The notes: generated by a model from the letters alone, not told the origin. A DNA stretch of 63,025 nucleotides, filler included, from Rhabdomonas costata (GCA_019059605.1; 44 parts of 44 records of this genome joined end to end with filler, not necessarily neighbours in it); one strand, 5' to 3'. Shown: positions 1 through 13,354, counted from the whole stretch's first letter. A program made the numbers and translations.

Positions 1-358
1 TGACTCAAGGAAAGCGCTAGTGCTGGCGGGCATCGGGGAGGTCGGTGCTGGCGCCAAAGCAATCGCTTCGGTCGAACCTGTCCTTGGAAATTCAAGCTCA
101 ACGTGACGAGGACCGCCCGGCCGGAACTTTCCGCCGCTGCTGCCTCCAGCGAGGGATGGGTCGGACGGCCCAGCAGGGGGGTCCGCTGTGGTTGGCGAAG
201 ATGGGAGGTCATCCTTGACGACGCTGGCGAGACTCTGGACCATGAAGTTCTGGAAGATGTTCACCGCAACCCATACCGTGCCCATCAGGAACAGCATGAA
301 GTATACCCGGGGCCATGGAGAGCCGGTTACCCGCTCACAGGCATCCAGAAAGACGTAC
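1..358 (-). CDS. Exon of a two-pore/voltage-gated cation channel-like protein (end of pore loop, S6, start of C-tail)
   Basis: After acceptor ggcag| reads (W)YVFLDACERVTGSPWPRVYFMLFLMGTVWVAVNIFQNFMVQSLASV, matching the TPC NNW...YFxxF...N pattern; frame stays open to the contig edge. Confidence 0.7.
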
Positions 359-1336
359 CTGCCCCAGGCCGCGCGCAAAAATAAAAAAAATAGGTGACAA
401 AACTCGATTTAACAAGAGGCCATCTCTTTTTTGGAAAAAGGAAAATAATTCGAGTTCTCGCATACAAAACCTCGCCCGTTGCCGTTTCCCCCCTGATATA
501 ATGGGAACTCAAAAAGGGTTTCGAAAATGGTCAATTTCCACTCGCAATGGTAGTGTTTTCCCCCTCGCTTTCGACTGTTCTTTCCCTTTCTTTTTTGCCG
601 ATTTTGTCTGCCTACACACTATTTTTGGCACAATTTGCTTGTTTTTGCCCCTTTTCGGAGGGCTAAGCCGAAGCATGCCTTTTGGTATATACAGCAGGCC
701 TCCGAAACGCTGCGTGGCCGGTCCGTGGGGTCAGAGATTCCTGACCTTTCGCCCTCGGCCGTTTGTAGTGCCCCTTGGCGGCTCTTTCGTAACCCTTTGG
801 CGCCGCTTCTGCCCCACACAGCGGAGAGTTTACGACAGCACACACAACGTTTGCACAACAAAACACTTTCTGGGCATTTAATTCCAAGTTTTTTTCTGCT
901 TCACAGTCCCCCCCATACAGTGAAAATTGAATCTGAAACCTTGATGGCAGAATGTCCCACCTTGTTGGCCCATATACTCACGAGGAGGAAAAGGAGCGCC
1001 GAGTTTCAGAATTATTTTCCATTTGAAGCCCCTCTATATTTCGAGTTTGTCAGGTATTCCGCATTATTCAAACCTAGTAAGGGAGCCGAATCCAGATCTT
1101 CCAAAGAACCACAGGTTTTTCAGAAGACCAATGAAAAGCGTGAAATTCAACGGGTGCAGAATGTGGCAATTCAAAGAACGTGGACAATCAGCACACCAAT
1201 TGTTCACCACCATCAGCACGAACAGCATCTAAACAAGGCAAAGGAAAGTGGCGAACTAATAAGTGTGGAGCAGAAGAAGAAGCAGAAGAAGAACAAGAAG
1301 TAGTAGTAGAGTCATAAGTCGTAAGACACAAAAACA

Positions 1337-1436
1337 NNNNNNNNNNNNNNNNNNNNNNNNNNNNNNNNNNNNNNNNNNNNTTAATTAATTAANNNNNNNN
1401 NNNNNNNNNNNNNNNNNNNNNNNNNNNNNNNNNNNN
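1337..1436. other. Artificial contig linker N44-TTAATTAATTAA-N44 (first of ~43, recurring every ~1435 nt)
   Basis: Same 100-nt spacer with a stop in all six frames recurs across the window; intervening contigs are all ~1334-1336 nt. Confidence 0.99.
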
Positions 1437-1579
1437 ACCAAAGTGCGGAGGAATGATCTCCTGTGCGCCGCTTGTCCCAAGCGCGAGTATACAAGTGGCA
1501 CTCGTCAGAACACGCAACCCCTATTATCCGTACGTGTGTATGCGCTTATCTGGAGTGAGTCCGCACCGTCGCGCTTCAG

Positions 1580-2194
1580 TTGCTACCGCAAGCCCTGCGG
1601 AGGTTCGGGGCCGATGTGTTGAGCCCTCAGTGGGCGGCGCAGCAGTGCCTGCCCACCCTTCTGGAGCTGCTGCCCCCCGCTACCGCCACACCTGCTGCTG
1701 CTACGCTGGCGACTCCAACGAGTGGGGAGAAGGAGGCCGCGGGCCAACAAAACCTGATGCTCCTCGCCGTGGGGCAGACCCTGGGACCGCTACTTTTGGA
1801 GCTGCTGGCGCTGTGCCACAGTGTGGAGGGCACAGGTTTGCAACATTCTTGTGCACGATCTTAAGTTGAGAGGGAAAAATGCGAAAACAGTGCGACACAA
1901 GGACCCAAGGGGCATGCGTAACCACCGTGAGGCCAGCCAACACGGGACGTTGAGCACAAGCCATAAAGTAGCCGCGCAGTAGTCCTCGTGCAGCTCCGCC
2001 TTATTACCGGATACACAGAAAACACATAGCTACTGTGTGGTGCAGAGGTGTCGCCCTCGATGCTGCTCTCGCTGGGGAGACTTCTGCAGCGTACGTTGTT
2101 GAACTCCAGTCCAGCTGCCCCTGCTGCGCCAGGCATTGCCCCGAGGCTGCCCCACCGTGGCGCCGTGGTAGCTTCCATGGCCGCGGCGATTGAG
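1580..2194 (+). CDS. Two exons (1580-1835, 2046-2194) of an uncharacterised Leu/Ala-rich helical protein
   Basis: GT-AG intron 1836-2045 joins the exons in frame (G|AG = Glu); GC3-rich codons. Confidence 0.55.
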
Positions 2195-4681
2195 GTTCAC
2201 CCCGCACTTAGCTTGTTAACCATTCCACTGACCGCGGCACATTCACACAAATTCTTGGGTCGTCCTATCTTCGGTAAGAGTTTGTGGCGATGAATCTCCA
2301 GACGAAGCTGAACGAAGCCAGACGAGATTCGTCGACCGCCTTGGCCCGATTTTCAGGCGTTGTTTGGGTTTTCCCTCGGATTTGAGCTTGCCTCACCCAA
2401 AGCAAAGAATGGCGCTGCTGTGTGCTGCAGACCAGTGGCAAATGCAGGCTGTCCCACTGCCTTCAGCGTAGCTGGGAGGGGCGGGCAGGGTCGGCTTGGC
2501 CGTCGCTTGGCCAAAGCCTGACTGGTACATTTGTGCTACTGTCTGTCCTGTGTGCTGAACCACTGCGGGTCGGCACCCCGTTTAAGGAAATTAATAATAA
2601 AAGGCTTGGTGTGAGTTGGAGTCTTTGTTTTAAATTAGGTGGTACCCGAGTCCTGGTTCACGGAGGAGCTGCACTCAGAGCACAACGCGACAATACCCAC
2701 CTCCACAAGAAAAATACAATTCCAGGAAGAGTGCACGCCTCATCGCAGAGAAGGTCCAGGAGCTGAGAGAANNNNNNNNNNNNNNNNNNNNNNNNNNNNN
2801 NNNNNNNNNNNNNNNTTAATTAATTAANNNNNNNNNNNNNNNNNNNNNNNNNNNNNNNNNNNNNNNNNNNNAGGACCGGAGAGTAGAAGCCCCCAAAATC
2901 AAAATTACAATGAAGGGTTGCTGCACAATTTCTTTGCAGGTACTGCATTAAAGAATGGAACCATAAACTGAGTGAAACCTCAGATCTGCGCCAAAGCAGT
3001 GAGCCAGCAAAATCACCGACGCACCTTCCGCTGGGCAAAAGTCCTGCAAGGTCTCTCCCATGCAGCCTAACTCGGAGCAAAGGACGAGAGGAGGGATCTA
3101 CCAATATTCACATCTTTGACAACACAGAGAAATGGAGCATGCACAGCTCGTCAGTAAAGGAAGAGGCTAAAAGCAGGTCAGACCATAAGCTCGGAAAAGA
3201 CTACCGCATGGAAGTTGGAATGTCACACTCCCATGCCATTGTAAGGAACCGTTAGTGTCCATCCCCTCCCATAGGGCTCGCGAAGTAGAGCCCCCTTGGG
3301 GTTGGAGCTGCGACAAGACGTCGCACCTCGAAAGCACACGTATTTTACAACGCATTCTCGCGTAAGGAGAAGACGAAAGCAAGAGAATTCGGCTCCATCG
3401 GGTAGGCTAGTCCTAAGCGTGCCCGCTGCAGCGGCTCGAGTGGTCCACGGAGGAGCGAACCCCATATCAAAGTACCAAAAGAAAAAAAAGAAAGGATGGA
3501 TCCCAAACAAAAAAGAAAAGGATCCGAAGAAAAGACAGGCAGGACTCAGACTCACCCTCGCCTTTGCTTCTAAATAAGCTCGAAACAGAACAGGCCATCT
3601 ATGCAGCTCTCACCCACAAGCAGCAGCGCCACACGTTGCTGCTCGCGAAAGCACAAATGAAAGTAGGGCGCAAGTGCAATTCGTCAGGTGCCATCGCCTT
3701 CGGCGCCGAAAGCCACCAGTAGAATTAGTTTCAGCCGACACACTTTATCACCATACGATCGGTGCGCTGCACATATTTTTTTGAAGGGTTTTCGATCGGT
3801 TTAACGCACAGCGGCGTCTTCCTCGGCATTTCTGGTGTGTTAGAGGGCGGACTTCCTCCATACTATATATAAACACAATATGTTTGATTACGTTTTCATT
3901 ACTCGTATGAGCGGGGGGATGCGATACAGACTTACGCATCTGTGCGCAGCAAACCTCAAGTCCAGTCAGCAGCCAGAGGTGGAACGAATCAAACAGCAAT
4001 AAACTCCCGCCCGTTAGGATCACAAGAATTTCCTCGGTCGCTACCCCACCCGCGCCGCTTCTCCTCCGTCCCCCTGTCCGAAGTGCACTTGACCGGGGAA
4101 AAAACCTGAACTCAATAGAACACCCCAGCAAGTGTGTAACCCGCGGGGACCGACAGATGGACTCGAAAGCAGGGCAGGGGCTTCACCCTTCACCGCACAA
4201 ACCACANNNNNNNNNNNNNNNNNNNNNNNNNNNNNNNNNNNNNNNNNNNNTTAATTAATTAANNNNNNNNNNNNNNNNNNNNNNNNNNNNNNNNNNNNNN
4301 NNNNNNGGTTGTTGGGTGGGTCGTTCTGAAGAAGCAGTACGACCCACCCATGAACCAGAAAAGTTACGTAACCACAACAAGTTGTACAACTGAAACGTTG
4401 CCCCAGTTGGGTGAAGTGGGCGGGAGTAAGGACGCGTTCATAACCAAACGATAAGGGTGTGTGACCGTTTGGTTGCCAGGACCAGATTCAAAAACAGTAA
4501 AGGAAAAAGGGATAGTCCAAGCAATCTCCTTGCGGGCGAGGGCTAAGCCATCAATATCAATTGGCGGTGATGGAATCCAGAAGCAAAAGAGAATCAAGGG
4601 TTAGGCCACTCTGTCACATTCGCACGGCAAGCTGGGGCGCAAGCTTACGAGGCTTAATATATAAGGCAAAAATCAAAGCGC

Positions 4682-5280
4682 CTGGCGGTCCAGGTGATGG
4701 AGGTACTGTTTCAGCTTGTAAAAGAAGTCCTCGTCCAGTAGGTAGTCAACAATCTGGGCACACCAAAATCACCCATACCAAACTCTAAGCTCCACTCGCA
4801 CCACTGCGCGGCAAGCACTGGTGCTGGCGCTGGTGACCATCTGTGACATCCCGGACAACGCTCTTCTTCCAATTCCTGAGCCCAACCCCATATCGCCGTG
4901 GTGCCGATGTCAGGGATGCCTAAGGTATGCTTAGCTTCACCGATTGGATGCAGCCCTGCAAATGTACCAGCAGTGCCACTCCAGAATTAAAAATTGTGGC
5001 AAAGAGGTTCTAAAGGGACCAGGAAAAAAGCTGGGCGTAAATCAGGTGTGCGGCCTCAGGAGTACAATCGTCCTACCAAATAAGTCTCAATCCGTAATTT
5101 TTTGCTGCAGTTATTAGGGAATTGTCAGGCTTCCGGCCCTACACATACGAAACGTCAGTGACCAAGGAGAAGACTGCGAACAACCTTGCCTGCCAGGTCT
5201 TCCGTCATCATATCAAACATCTCTTCGCGCTCTTCATCTTCACCACCGCCAGCGAACAATTGCCTCATAGACTCCCGGAA
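4682..5280 (-). CDS. Short exons of an uncharacterised gene (5185-5280 FRESMRQLF...DLAGK; 4682-4753 IVDYLLDEDFFYKLKQYLHHLDRQ)
   Basis: Open segments bounded by AG acceptors and GT/GC donors with protein-like composition; intervening exons unresolved. Confidence 0.35.
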
Positions 5281-5741
5281 CTAAAATCGAACCATACAAA
5301 TGGAAATTCACTCAGAACCCCCGAAGCCGGGAATTGCGCAAAGATCCAAAGACAGTCCTATCAAGTCGTTAGAATATGTATTTCTCGCGGAAATAAGCAT
5401 CACATCGGAGAAAATGGAAGACCACCGTGTTGAATGCCCTTGGCAATTCTATAATTCTCCGCCCAAACCAAAGAAGTGTCACTGCGTGAGATGAAGTGTA
5501 CATGCCGAGCGAAATGAAACTATGGAAGGAAAACTTGGGGGGGGTGTATGCCAAACCAAAAAAAATAACCAAAAACAGCATATAAAGGAGAAAGCATGAA
5601 AGTCCCAAAACTACACCAACACTTGAAAAACACAAACAACANNNNNNNNNNNNNNNNNNNNNNNNNNNNNNNNNNNNNNNNNNNNTTAATTAATTAANNN
5701 NNNNNNNNNNNNNNNNNNNNNNNNNNNNNNNNNNNNNNNNN

Positions 5742-6951
5742 GTGGGGTCGGAATTCTCGGCCTCCCGCCTCTTCCTGGTGACGGCGATCTCGCATACCCG
5801 TACCCTCGACCACGTCCAGCAAAGCCTCTTCCTCGGAAGCTACCTTCCCCTCTTCCAAATCTGGGCCTGCGATTCGGCGAGGGGGTTCTTGCTGCGTTGA
5901 ACTGCGGCTCCCTAGGGTTTGTAAACATCACTGATTGCGCGGGAACAGTCGTCGCTAACTGTGGTCCAGTTGTTGACATTGCCGAAAAGAGATTTGGAAT
6001 TCCAGGAATCACTGAGCTGCTCACTGAGCCGTACGAAAACTTCGGAGCTGACTGGTCTCTGCTACCTGATGTCAAAAACTCCGTGCTTCCTGAGAATGGA
6101 GTATAACCATACCTCATTGTATCCAACTCCATTCCTGTTCCCTCAGCTGCGACGGGCTTTCTCAGCGACGCTTCGGGCACTGCTACAATCACTTGGGGCG
6201 GGGGTCTCGGCTTGCGATAATAATCCCAGGCTTTTTCAATTGCTTCTTCCAAAGATTGCGGATCATCCGCCATCACCTTTGCTTGGATGTCCCCCTCTAA
6301 TCCCCTCACAAACAAGTACTGCAGCTGCGCGTCACCGCCAAATCTCGTACCCTTTAAAAGTCCTAAACCCGTCACAAACTGCTGGTGATAATCTTGGAAA
6401 TCCACATTCTTCATTCGCAAGTTCTCCAACCTCCAAACCACATTGTAGTCCCACGTCGAAGGGCAAAAACGCTTCCGCAACGTTTTGGTAAAATCCGCCC
6501 AATCTGCGAAAGTCTGGTCTGGAGCGATAATTCCCCTTGCAAACGAACCGAGCGCTCCCGTTGAATACACAATGGCAATTTGATCTGGGACCCTACAAAA
6601 GTCCTTCAGCTCCTCCACTTCCACCAACCAAGGGAGGAAATTAGCTGCTTTCCCGTCGTACCTGGGAAACTCTGGGTCCTTTTCCTGCAGTTTACGAAGC
6701 GCTCCACTCACTGAATCAGCCTGATTCGGCACAACTGTCACGGGTACTGCTGCTCTTCCGGCTCCTGGGCCCTCTTCTACACTTGGCAGTCCACCCGTTA
6801 CTCTTAATCTCTGAACCAGACTGTCCGTCAACTGTTGTGTCGCCCTCTGCTGCTCTTCAATCTGTCGAAACAGCGAAGCTGAGTGAATCAGGAAAGATGG
6901 AAATGTCTGCTCCATGCTTTGCGCTGTGGGTGCGCCTTCTACTGACATCAC
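5742..6951 (-). mobile_element. gag: Retrotransposon Gag ORF (Ty3/Gypsy-like capsid), truncated by contig end
   Basis: Intronless ~400-aa ORF with N-terminal coiled coil, FPRYDGK..FLPWL, WADF..LRKRF, DYHQQF, LFVRGL..DIQAKV...PQSLEEAIEKA and an RG/SP-rich tail. Confidence 0.85.
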
Positions 6952-7424
6952 TGCTGATCAATAAATCAATACGACACAGCTCACCACCCAATCAAGCTCG
7001 ATTCAATCACACACAGGGTGGGACGAAAGATGATTTTTGCTCTGCCCAATGACTCGGGTCAGGGACACAACCCACCCNNNNNNNNNNNNNNNNNNNNNNN
7101 NNNNNNNNNNNNNNNNNNNNNTTAATTAATTAANNNNNNNNNNNNNNNNNNNNNNNNNNNNNNNNNNNNNNNNNNNNTTTGTGGGTTTGGTGTGTGGGGG
7201 GATGGCGAAAGAACTGAATGAGCGTGATGGAGAACAAGAGAGAGAGAGAGGAAGAGGGAGCGACGGCTGTGGCGAAGAAAAGAAAGAGCGGGCAAGGATT
7301 GGAAGGGAATGATGTGAATGGTTCGTATGTAATCACTCTCCAGAGGGTTGTTCGGTCCCTTTCGGTGCAGCTCGATTCGCTTCCTGACGTGCCATTGCGC
7401 TGCAAAACTGAAAACCCTAAACAG

Positions 7425-7689
7425 GTTGTCGTGGCGGACGGGGCCCCTGGGGGGTCTGATGGGGAGCCCCAGCTCACCCCCAAGCTCCGCTCTGGAGTGG
7501 ACACCAGCTTGGGCAGGATCCGCCCTGCCTCTGTCTCGGAGCCCGCGCCTTCTTCGGAGGCCGTCGTTTCTCCGGAGGACCTGGGGGGACGGCCTGGCAC
7601 TGGGAGGGGGGCGGGTACGCCGCCGCGCCCAGGCAGCGCAGGGAAGGGGGTCAGCACCCCGGTGGACGCCATGTTCCAGAAAATCGAAG
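7425..7689 (+). CDS. Exon of an uncharacterised low-complexity (G/P/S-rich) protein
   Basis: Acceptor aaacag|, GC-rich open frame, composition shifts to a TG-rich intron after GAAG|gcatat. Confidence 0.45.
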
Positions 7690-8613
7690 GCATATTTGTG
7701 TGTGTCTGTGTGTGTGGATGTGTGTGGGGGTACCCCAGGCAGAAAGAAATGAGGCCACCGACCAGCAAACGCAGCCTGTGCGAGTGCAGATTGGACCGCG
7801 CGCTGAAGGCTGAGAAGCATGTAATGTGTGCGCGCGCGCCACCATAAAATAAAACACGTAAATCAATGCTTGCGTGGAAGGCCAAAGAGATGAGATAAGG
7901 AAAAGGCACCGTGGACCGTCAAGCCGTGTGAGGCCCAATTGTCCCATGCCCACGCCCATGCCCCATCGAAAGTTTCAATGAGTGGTGGCATTTAACATTC
8001 ACGGTTTTTGTTTTCGAAATGGAGGGAACGAAGGGAGCTGTGGATGGAGGCGGTTGTTCTTACTTCTCTTCTCACATCTTTGCTCAGGTGCTGGCGATGA
8101 TTTCAATGGAAGGTGCTACTTTTTCAGTGTCTTGCCATGCCACATCTTTATCGTGGAAATTCCATGTTCCATGTTCATGTATGCTGTATGCTGCCGTTAG
8201 TCGGTGAAAACGGCAATCACGAATCTCCTGGCGAAAGTAATACATTAATTAATTTGGAGTGAGCGGATGAGAATGCATGAAAAAAAGCACCGTTTTTCCG
8301 GGAGTGGTGGTAAGTCCCGTGGGCAGTTTGCAGTGTTCAAGATTACAGGGAACGCCACTGTCGGCTCAGCAGGAGAGACCTTCGTGTGAGCAGTGTGCGA
8401 ATATGAGCGAATGAGCGAGTACATTGTTTTTTTTCGGTTTTTTCCAGAGAGGAATTTACCGTGGAGACTGCCGCGGGCCCTGCCCCTGGAACCAAATAGC
8501 TTGCTGGTGCTCNNNNNNNNNNNNNNNNNNNNNNNNNNNNNNNNNNNNNNNNNNNNTTAATTAATTAANNNNNNNNNNNNNNNNNNNNNNNNNNNNNNNN
8601 NNNNNNNNNNNNA

Positions 8614-9563
8614 CGCCGCTGCGTTTGTGCCGACCAACACGCTGGTCCTGAGCCTGTGGAAGCCCGACTTCGTGGACGTCTCGTTCTACAAGATGTTTGG
8701 GCTTCCGACCGGGGTGGGGGCGCTTCTTGTGCGGAAGGAGAAGCTGTCTGTGCTGCGCCGAAAGGCGTTCTTCGGGGGCACCGTGGAGGTCGGCTTGTGG
8801 TTGTTTCAGGGCCATTGCTTTGCGGTAGGGAAACCGAACGGTCACATATGAGGGTCACATCTGCGCTTGTGCCTTTTTAATTAGCGCAGGGGAAACTGAG
8901 ATTACTGGGCTTGGCGATTGGTGAACTTAGAAGAGTTTCGAATTTTGTCGGTTCGAAAGGTGTTGAATCCATCTTTTATACGAGAAAGAGAGGGTGTTGG
9001 GATGGGGATTTATATCCCTTGCCACCTTTCCCTCCTATCCGTGGCTCTCCCGCCCTTCAACTAACTCACCCCCTTCTTCTCTCTCACCCTCCATTCAGCA
9101 TGCAAACCTAAATCCCCCTCTCCCCCATTTGCATATTTGTGCATAGCAGTGTCTCTTCTCTTCTCTTCTTTGTTGGTGTCTTCAGCCTTTTTCTTGCCCC
9201 CTTTGTACATTGCTACAACAGTAAATTGGCTGCTGCTTGCTCTATGCTAGACCAAATGTCCTCCATGCTGTCCGACAAGACCGTCATGGATGTTTTCATT
9301 GAGGCTTTTCGGGATGTACGCCCCCCCCCCCCCGCTTTTGCAGAATCACCGTCCGGTTCGCATCGCTTTGTGTGGTATTTTACCTCGAGAGAGGTTGTTG
9401 TTGCCTTCGCAGACAGCCCACAGTTGTGCTTCTTCTCCCTCAGTTCGTGGGAGTCCGCTTGCAGACGCACGTTCTGAAGCAGGGCCACGCCGGGTTCGAG
9501 GACGGCACAGTCGACTACCTGAACATCCCGGCAGTGGAGATAGGACTGCGGTTCTTGAGAAAG
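8614..9563 (+). CDS. MOCOS: Molybdenum cofactor sulfurase-like PLP enzyme; exons 8614-8788 and 9444-9563
   Basis: DAAAFVP...PDFVDVSFYKMFGLPTGVGALLVR...FFGGTV and FEDGTVDYLNIPA motifs; phase-0 GT-AG intron 8789-9443. Confidence 0.9.
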
Positions 9564-10748
9564 GTTAATGTATGTGGTGAACTATGGGTGGGGTTTCGAA
9601 CGTTGTATGTCTGTGTGAATTGATTGAAGCATGTCAGGGTATACGTTGACGTGCCTACTCATAGCTCGCTCTGGAGATGCTGAGCTACACTTTTTTCTTC
9701 TTTAATTCACGTCTTCCGTAATGGAGGCTGTTTTCATGGCTCGGAACGTTAGCATCCGGCAAGTGGTCCACGTGAACGTAAGGAGTGATTGAGAGCAACA
9801 CTTTATTGTTCGCAGGGGGGGGGGCTTTTCGGCTTTCCTTTGCCATGAAGCAACTTTGCTCTTGTGAAGTTGATTCGTGTCCGTCTCCGCTTTCATACAA
9901 ATGGGTGTCCTCATCGATATGAGCGTTTCTCTTTGGATGATTTATTNNNNNNNNNNNNNNNNNNNNNNNNNNNNNNNNNNNNNNNNNNNNTTAATTAATT
10001 AANNNNNNNNNNNNNNNNNNNNNNNNNNNNNNNNNNNNNNNNNNNNCGGAGCTCAGCGCAGAGAGAATGGAAGTGGGGGCCTAAGAGAGAGGGAACGGAG
10101 ATGCCACCAACCCTATGTGACAAGACAGCGGGACAAGGTACCATGGGCACCCCGATGGTTGTGGCCCTTCAGGCGGCTCTTTTTTTCTTCCCGACGTGGG
10201 GCTTGAAAAAGGTCGATAGGGGTGAAAAGGCATCCGAAGCAAGACTGTTCTCATAAAAATTTAGAGGGCTATGGTAGGGATCACGGATGATCAGATGCTA
10301 TCCTGATTTTTTTGGGCGAAGCACCCCTTAAATGAGAGCAACTTGACACAATTGCATGGGAAAATGCACCCGGCACTGAGCGTAAAACGTTTCGATGCGA
10401 TTGCGGAACCTCTGGGACATTTTTTCTCACGAAGGCCAGCGCTGCGGCGAAGCCAGCTGTGGCGCGGCCTGAGCGTGTGCCACATCCGAGCGCCATAAGC
10501 GGGGTTCGTAGGCGGTGCACGTGAGGGGGGTTTGGGGTGGCTCCACTACCGTTAGGTCCGTTCCGAACTTTGTAGCGCAGCGAACGCCACTCATAGCGTT
10601 CACTGTTCACTGAGGCGAGAGGGGAGGAGGTGCGAAAGAATCCAAGACCAATGCTCGGGACGTTCCTCGATGACTCTGACAAGGATCCTCCACTCCGGGG
10701 ATCGCATCCTCTCGGCGTCTCTTAGCTTCCCTTTCTTCCTCTCTCAAG

Positions 10749-10994
10749 GGGATGATCCTGCGCCCGGGGAAGACCAGCTCGCAGGTCAGCGTGAGCTGCG
10801 ACGAGTACGTCCGGAAGAAGCTGATGGACGCCCTTGCCCCGCAGGGGGTGCTTTGGGTGGACTTCAAGCAGGGCTTCCGGGACGGCTCCAGCCGCACCCT
10901 CTTTGTCAGCTTGGTGAACCCGGAGAAGGTGCAGGGGTTGCACCAGAAGGGGAAGCTGGAGCTGCTGGGGATGTCCTTTGAGACCACTGTTGGG
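10749..10994 (+). CDS. Exon of an uncharacterised protein
   Basis: Polypyrimidine tract plus AG acceptor, strongly GC3-biased frame GMILRPGK...MSFETTVG, GT donor. Confidence 0.55.
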
Positions 10995-11558
10995 GTAGCA
11001 CCGGACCCCCCCCCCCTTATGTTCCGTTTTTCTGTGGTGCTCGCTTTTTTGTCGCACTCAAGCGGGCACGCGAGGCGAGAACAAAAGGGTAAAATGGGAC
11101 GTCCTGAATGAAGCACAAAAACCCTCACAGCAGCAATCGTGCACAGTGTCATGTGCTGTTCCAACACCGCGCCCTTCTCTTTGTGCTAACATGAATAGAA
11201 ACCCTCCGCGTCCTCTCTACAAGTCCCCAGCGTCCTGATGATTTTCGCTGCACATATGACGGTCGCCGGCCCCTGCCCCTAACCGGGACCTGGCGGACAA
11301 TTTTGCGCCCCCTCGCCTCGGAACTGGAATTTGTTTTCCTGTTTCCCGTTAGCAACTCTCTTTTTGATTACAAAACACANNNNNNNNNNNNNNNNNNNNN
11401 NNNNNNNNNNNNNNNNNNNNNNNTTAATTAATTAANNNNNNNNNNNNNNNNNNNNNNNNNNNNNNNNNNNNNNNNNNNNGTGGGTTTTGTATTTGAACTT
11501 TAGGTTTAGTTTTTTTGCATTTGAGCTTTTGAGCTTTCATCCCCTGTTGCCACTTGCA

Positions 11559-12490
11559 ATGACTGTAACGGTAATACACAGCCAAAGGGAGCTGCTGCAC
11601 TTCCCCAAAACAGAGGCCTATAAGTCCATTGTGGCCTTTCTGAACACCGCCTCGGACAGTGTGCGGGGAAAGCCCCACGGAGGTGTGCTGGAACCCTCTC
11701 CTGGGGCTGAGGTTTTGGCCGCGGTGGTGGGCGTGCTGGCAGAGCTTGAGGAGTGGGCAGATCAGATCCCGCTGCAAGAGAAGGCCTCGCAACGGTTTGG
11801 GAACCGGGCCTTCCGGGTATGGCACCAGAGGCTGTGCGAGGGCGCCGCAGGGCTGGTGACCCGGATCCTCACCGCAGGATGCAACAAGGTCCCACACTCC
11901 TCCGCCAGAAGCCATACCCCACCGTCTTCCGTTTAGCACTGGGAAGCCTCTTTTTTCGGGATAGTGGTGCCTGGATCAAGAATTAAGCATCGACGTCGTT
12001 GCACCTCGATTCCCCATTTCCACTTGCTGTAGCCTTCAGGCTGCTTCGTGTCATGCTCCCGACTTTAGTGTTTATTTGCCTCCATTTTGTGCAACCTTTC
12101 CGAATCCTGCGCCTGCACGGCTTTTCGTGTGTCCAGGACCCCGGGTTGCTGGAGCACACCGCAGAGCTAAGCGACTATCTCACCGACAGCTTTGGCAATC
12201 CCACCCGCATTGACTACGGCACAGGCCATGAGCTGCACTTCCTGTGCTTCCTGCTCTGCCTGTTCGCCTTGAAAATTCTCGGCCCGAGTGACCTTCCCTC
12301 GGCCATCCTGGAGGTCTTTGGGCGGGCTTATCTCACCCTGATGCGGAAGCTGCAGGCGGTGTACAGCCTAGAGCCTGCTGGCTCAAAGGGGGTATACGGA
12401 CTGGACGACTACCATCACCTGCCGTTCCTGTTTGGGGCGTCCCAGCTGGTCGGGAACCAAGAAGGCTTGTCCCCAGCCGATATCATGAAG
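11559..12490 (+). CDS. PTPA: PP2A phosphotyrosyl phosphatase activator; exons 11559-11888 and 12137-12490, 3' partial
   Basis: QRFGNRAFRVW, SFGNPTRIDYGTGHELHF and YSLEPAGSKGVYGLDDYHHLPFLFGASQL signatures; in-frame GT-AG intron. Confidence 0.95.
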
Positions 12491-13354
12491 GTGGACACTT
12501 GTTTTCTATTCTTTTCGTGCTTGTATGGCGGTGTGGAAAGACGCCAGAAGCGAACGCAGGGTTGGAGGACCACATCTGCGGTCTCGTCACTTAAACACAT
12601 AAGGAAATGGTGGGGCGAGACCATCTTACATCCCCCGTGACACGCTGGGGAAGAAGAACCCAACATCTGCGCTGTGGCGGGTCCCAGCGAGCGGCATGAC
12701 AGGGCATGCTCCGAGCGGGTCCATGTTGCACCTGCAACCCGGACACATAAAACCACAACGACGCACCGGTAACGCGCACCCCAGGACTATGCACCGCAAT
12801 AAAGAGAGAACTACNNNNNNNNNNNNNNNNNNNNNNNNNNNNNNNNNNNNNNNNNNNNTTAATTAATTAANNNNNNNNNNNNNNNNNNNNNNNNNNNNNN
12901 NNNNNNNNNNNNNNGTGTTTGTGTGCACTGGCCCCTGGGGGACGGCGGCGGCGGCGGTGGCGCAGGCCTTCCTGCAGGTCCCGCTCCTCTTAGCAATTGC
13001 TGGATGGCGGTAACGAACATGGGCCATGCACTGGTAACGGTGTGCGAAGGGGAGTCCTCGCCCCTCGACCCAAGCTGGCTGTCCTGCCCAGCATTAGGGG
13101 CGGCTCTTTCGGGGGCAGTGCTCGCGTCACAGCAGGCCACTACCGACGAAATGGCAATTAGCCTCCAACACTGTCAAATTCACAGAACAACCCTTGATTC
13201 CAGCAAGGAATGGTAGAGTGATTAGCCAAACCTCCTTCGTCATGAGGGCACCCTGGAAATCTTTATGCACTGCCGTTGAGTGGGAATAGGGTCGTGGTCC
13301 TAGTGCCAGAGATGAGGACGGTTTCTTTGCCGACCATTTTTGCTTTGCTTCTAG

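Noticed and set aside
635..1303. Long track ORFs such as 635-1303, 13127-13894, 22956-23711, 33291-34016 and 34796-35563 as genes
   Set aside because: No recognisable motifs; most are antisense shadows of GC-rich exons or read through intronic or low-complexity DNA.
5742..5900. Gag using only Gly-Arg boxes, without a zinc knuckle (foamy-virus-like)
   Set aside because: The ORF is cut by the contig end, and the sister copy shows CCHC remnants just downstream.
7035..7060. Primer-binding site upstream of gag (minus strand gtca-ttgggcagagc)
   Set aside because: Only a partial match to a tRNA-iMet PBS and too near the contig edge to see an LTR.
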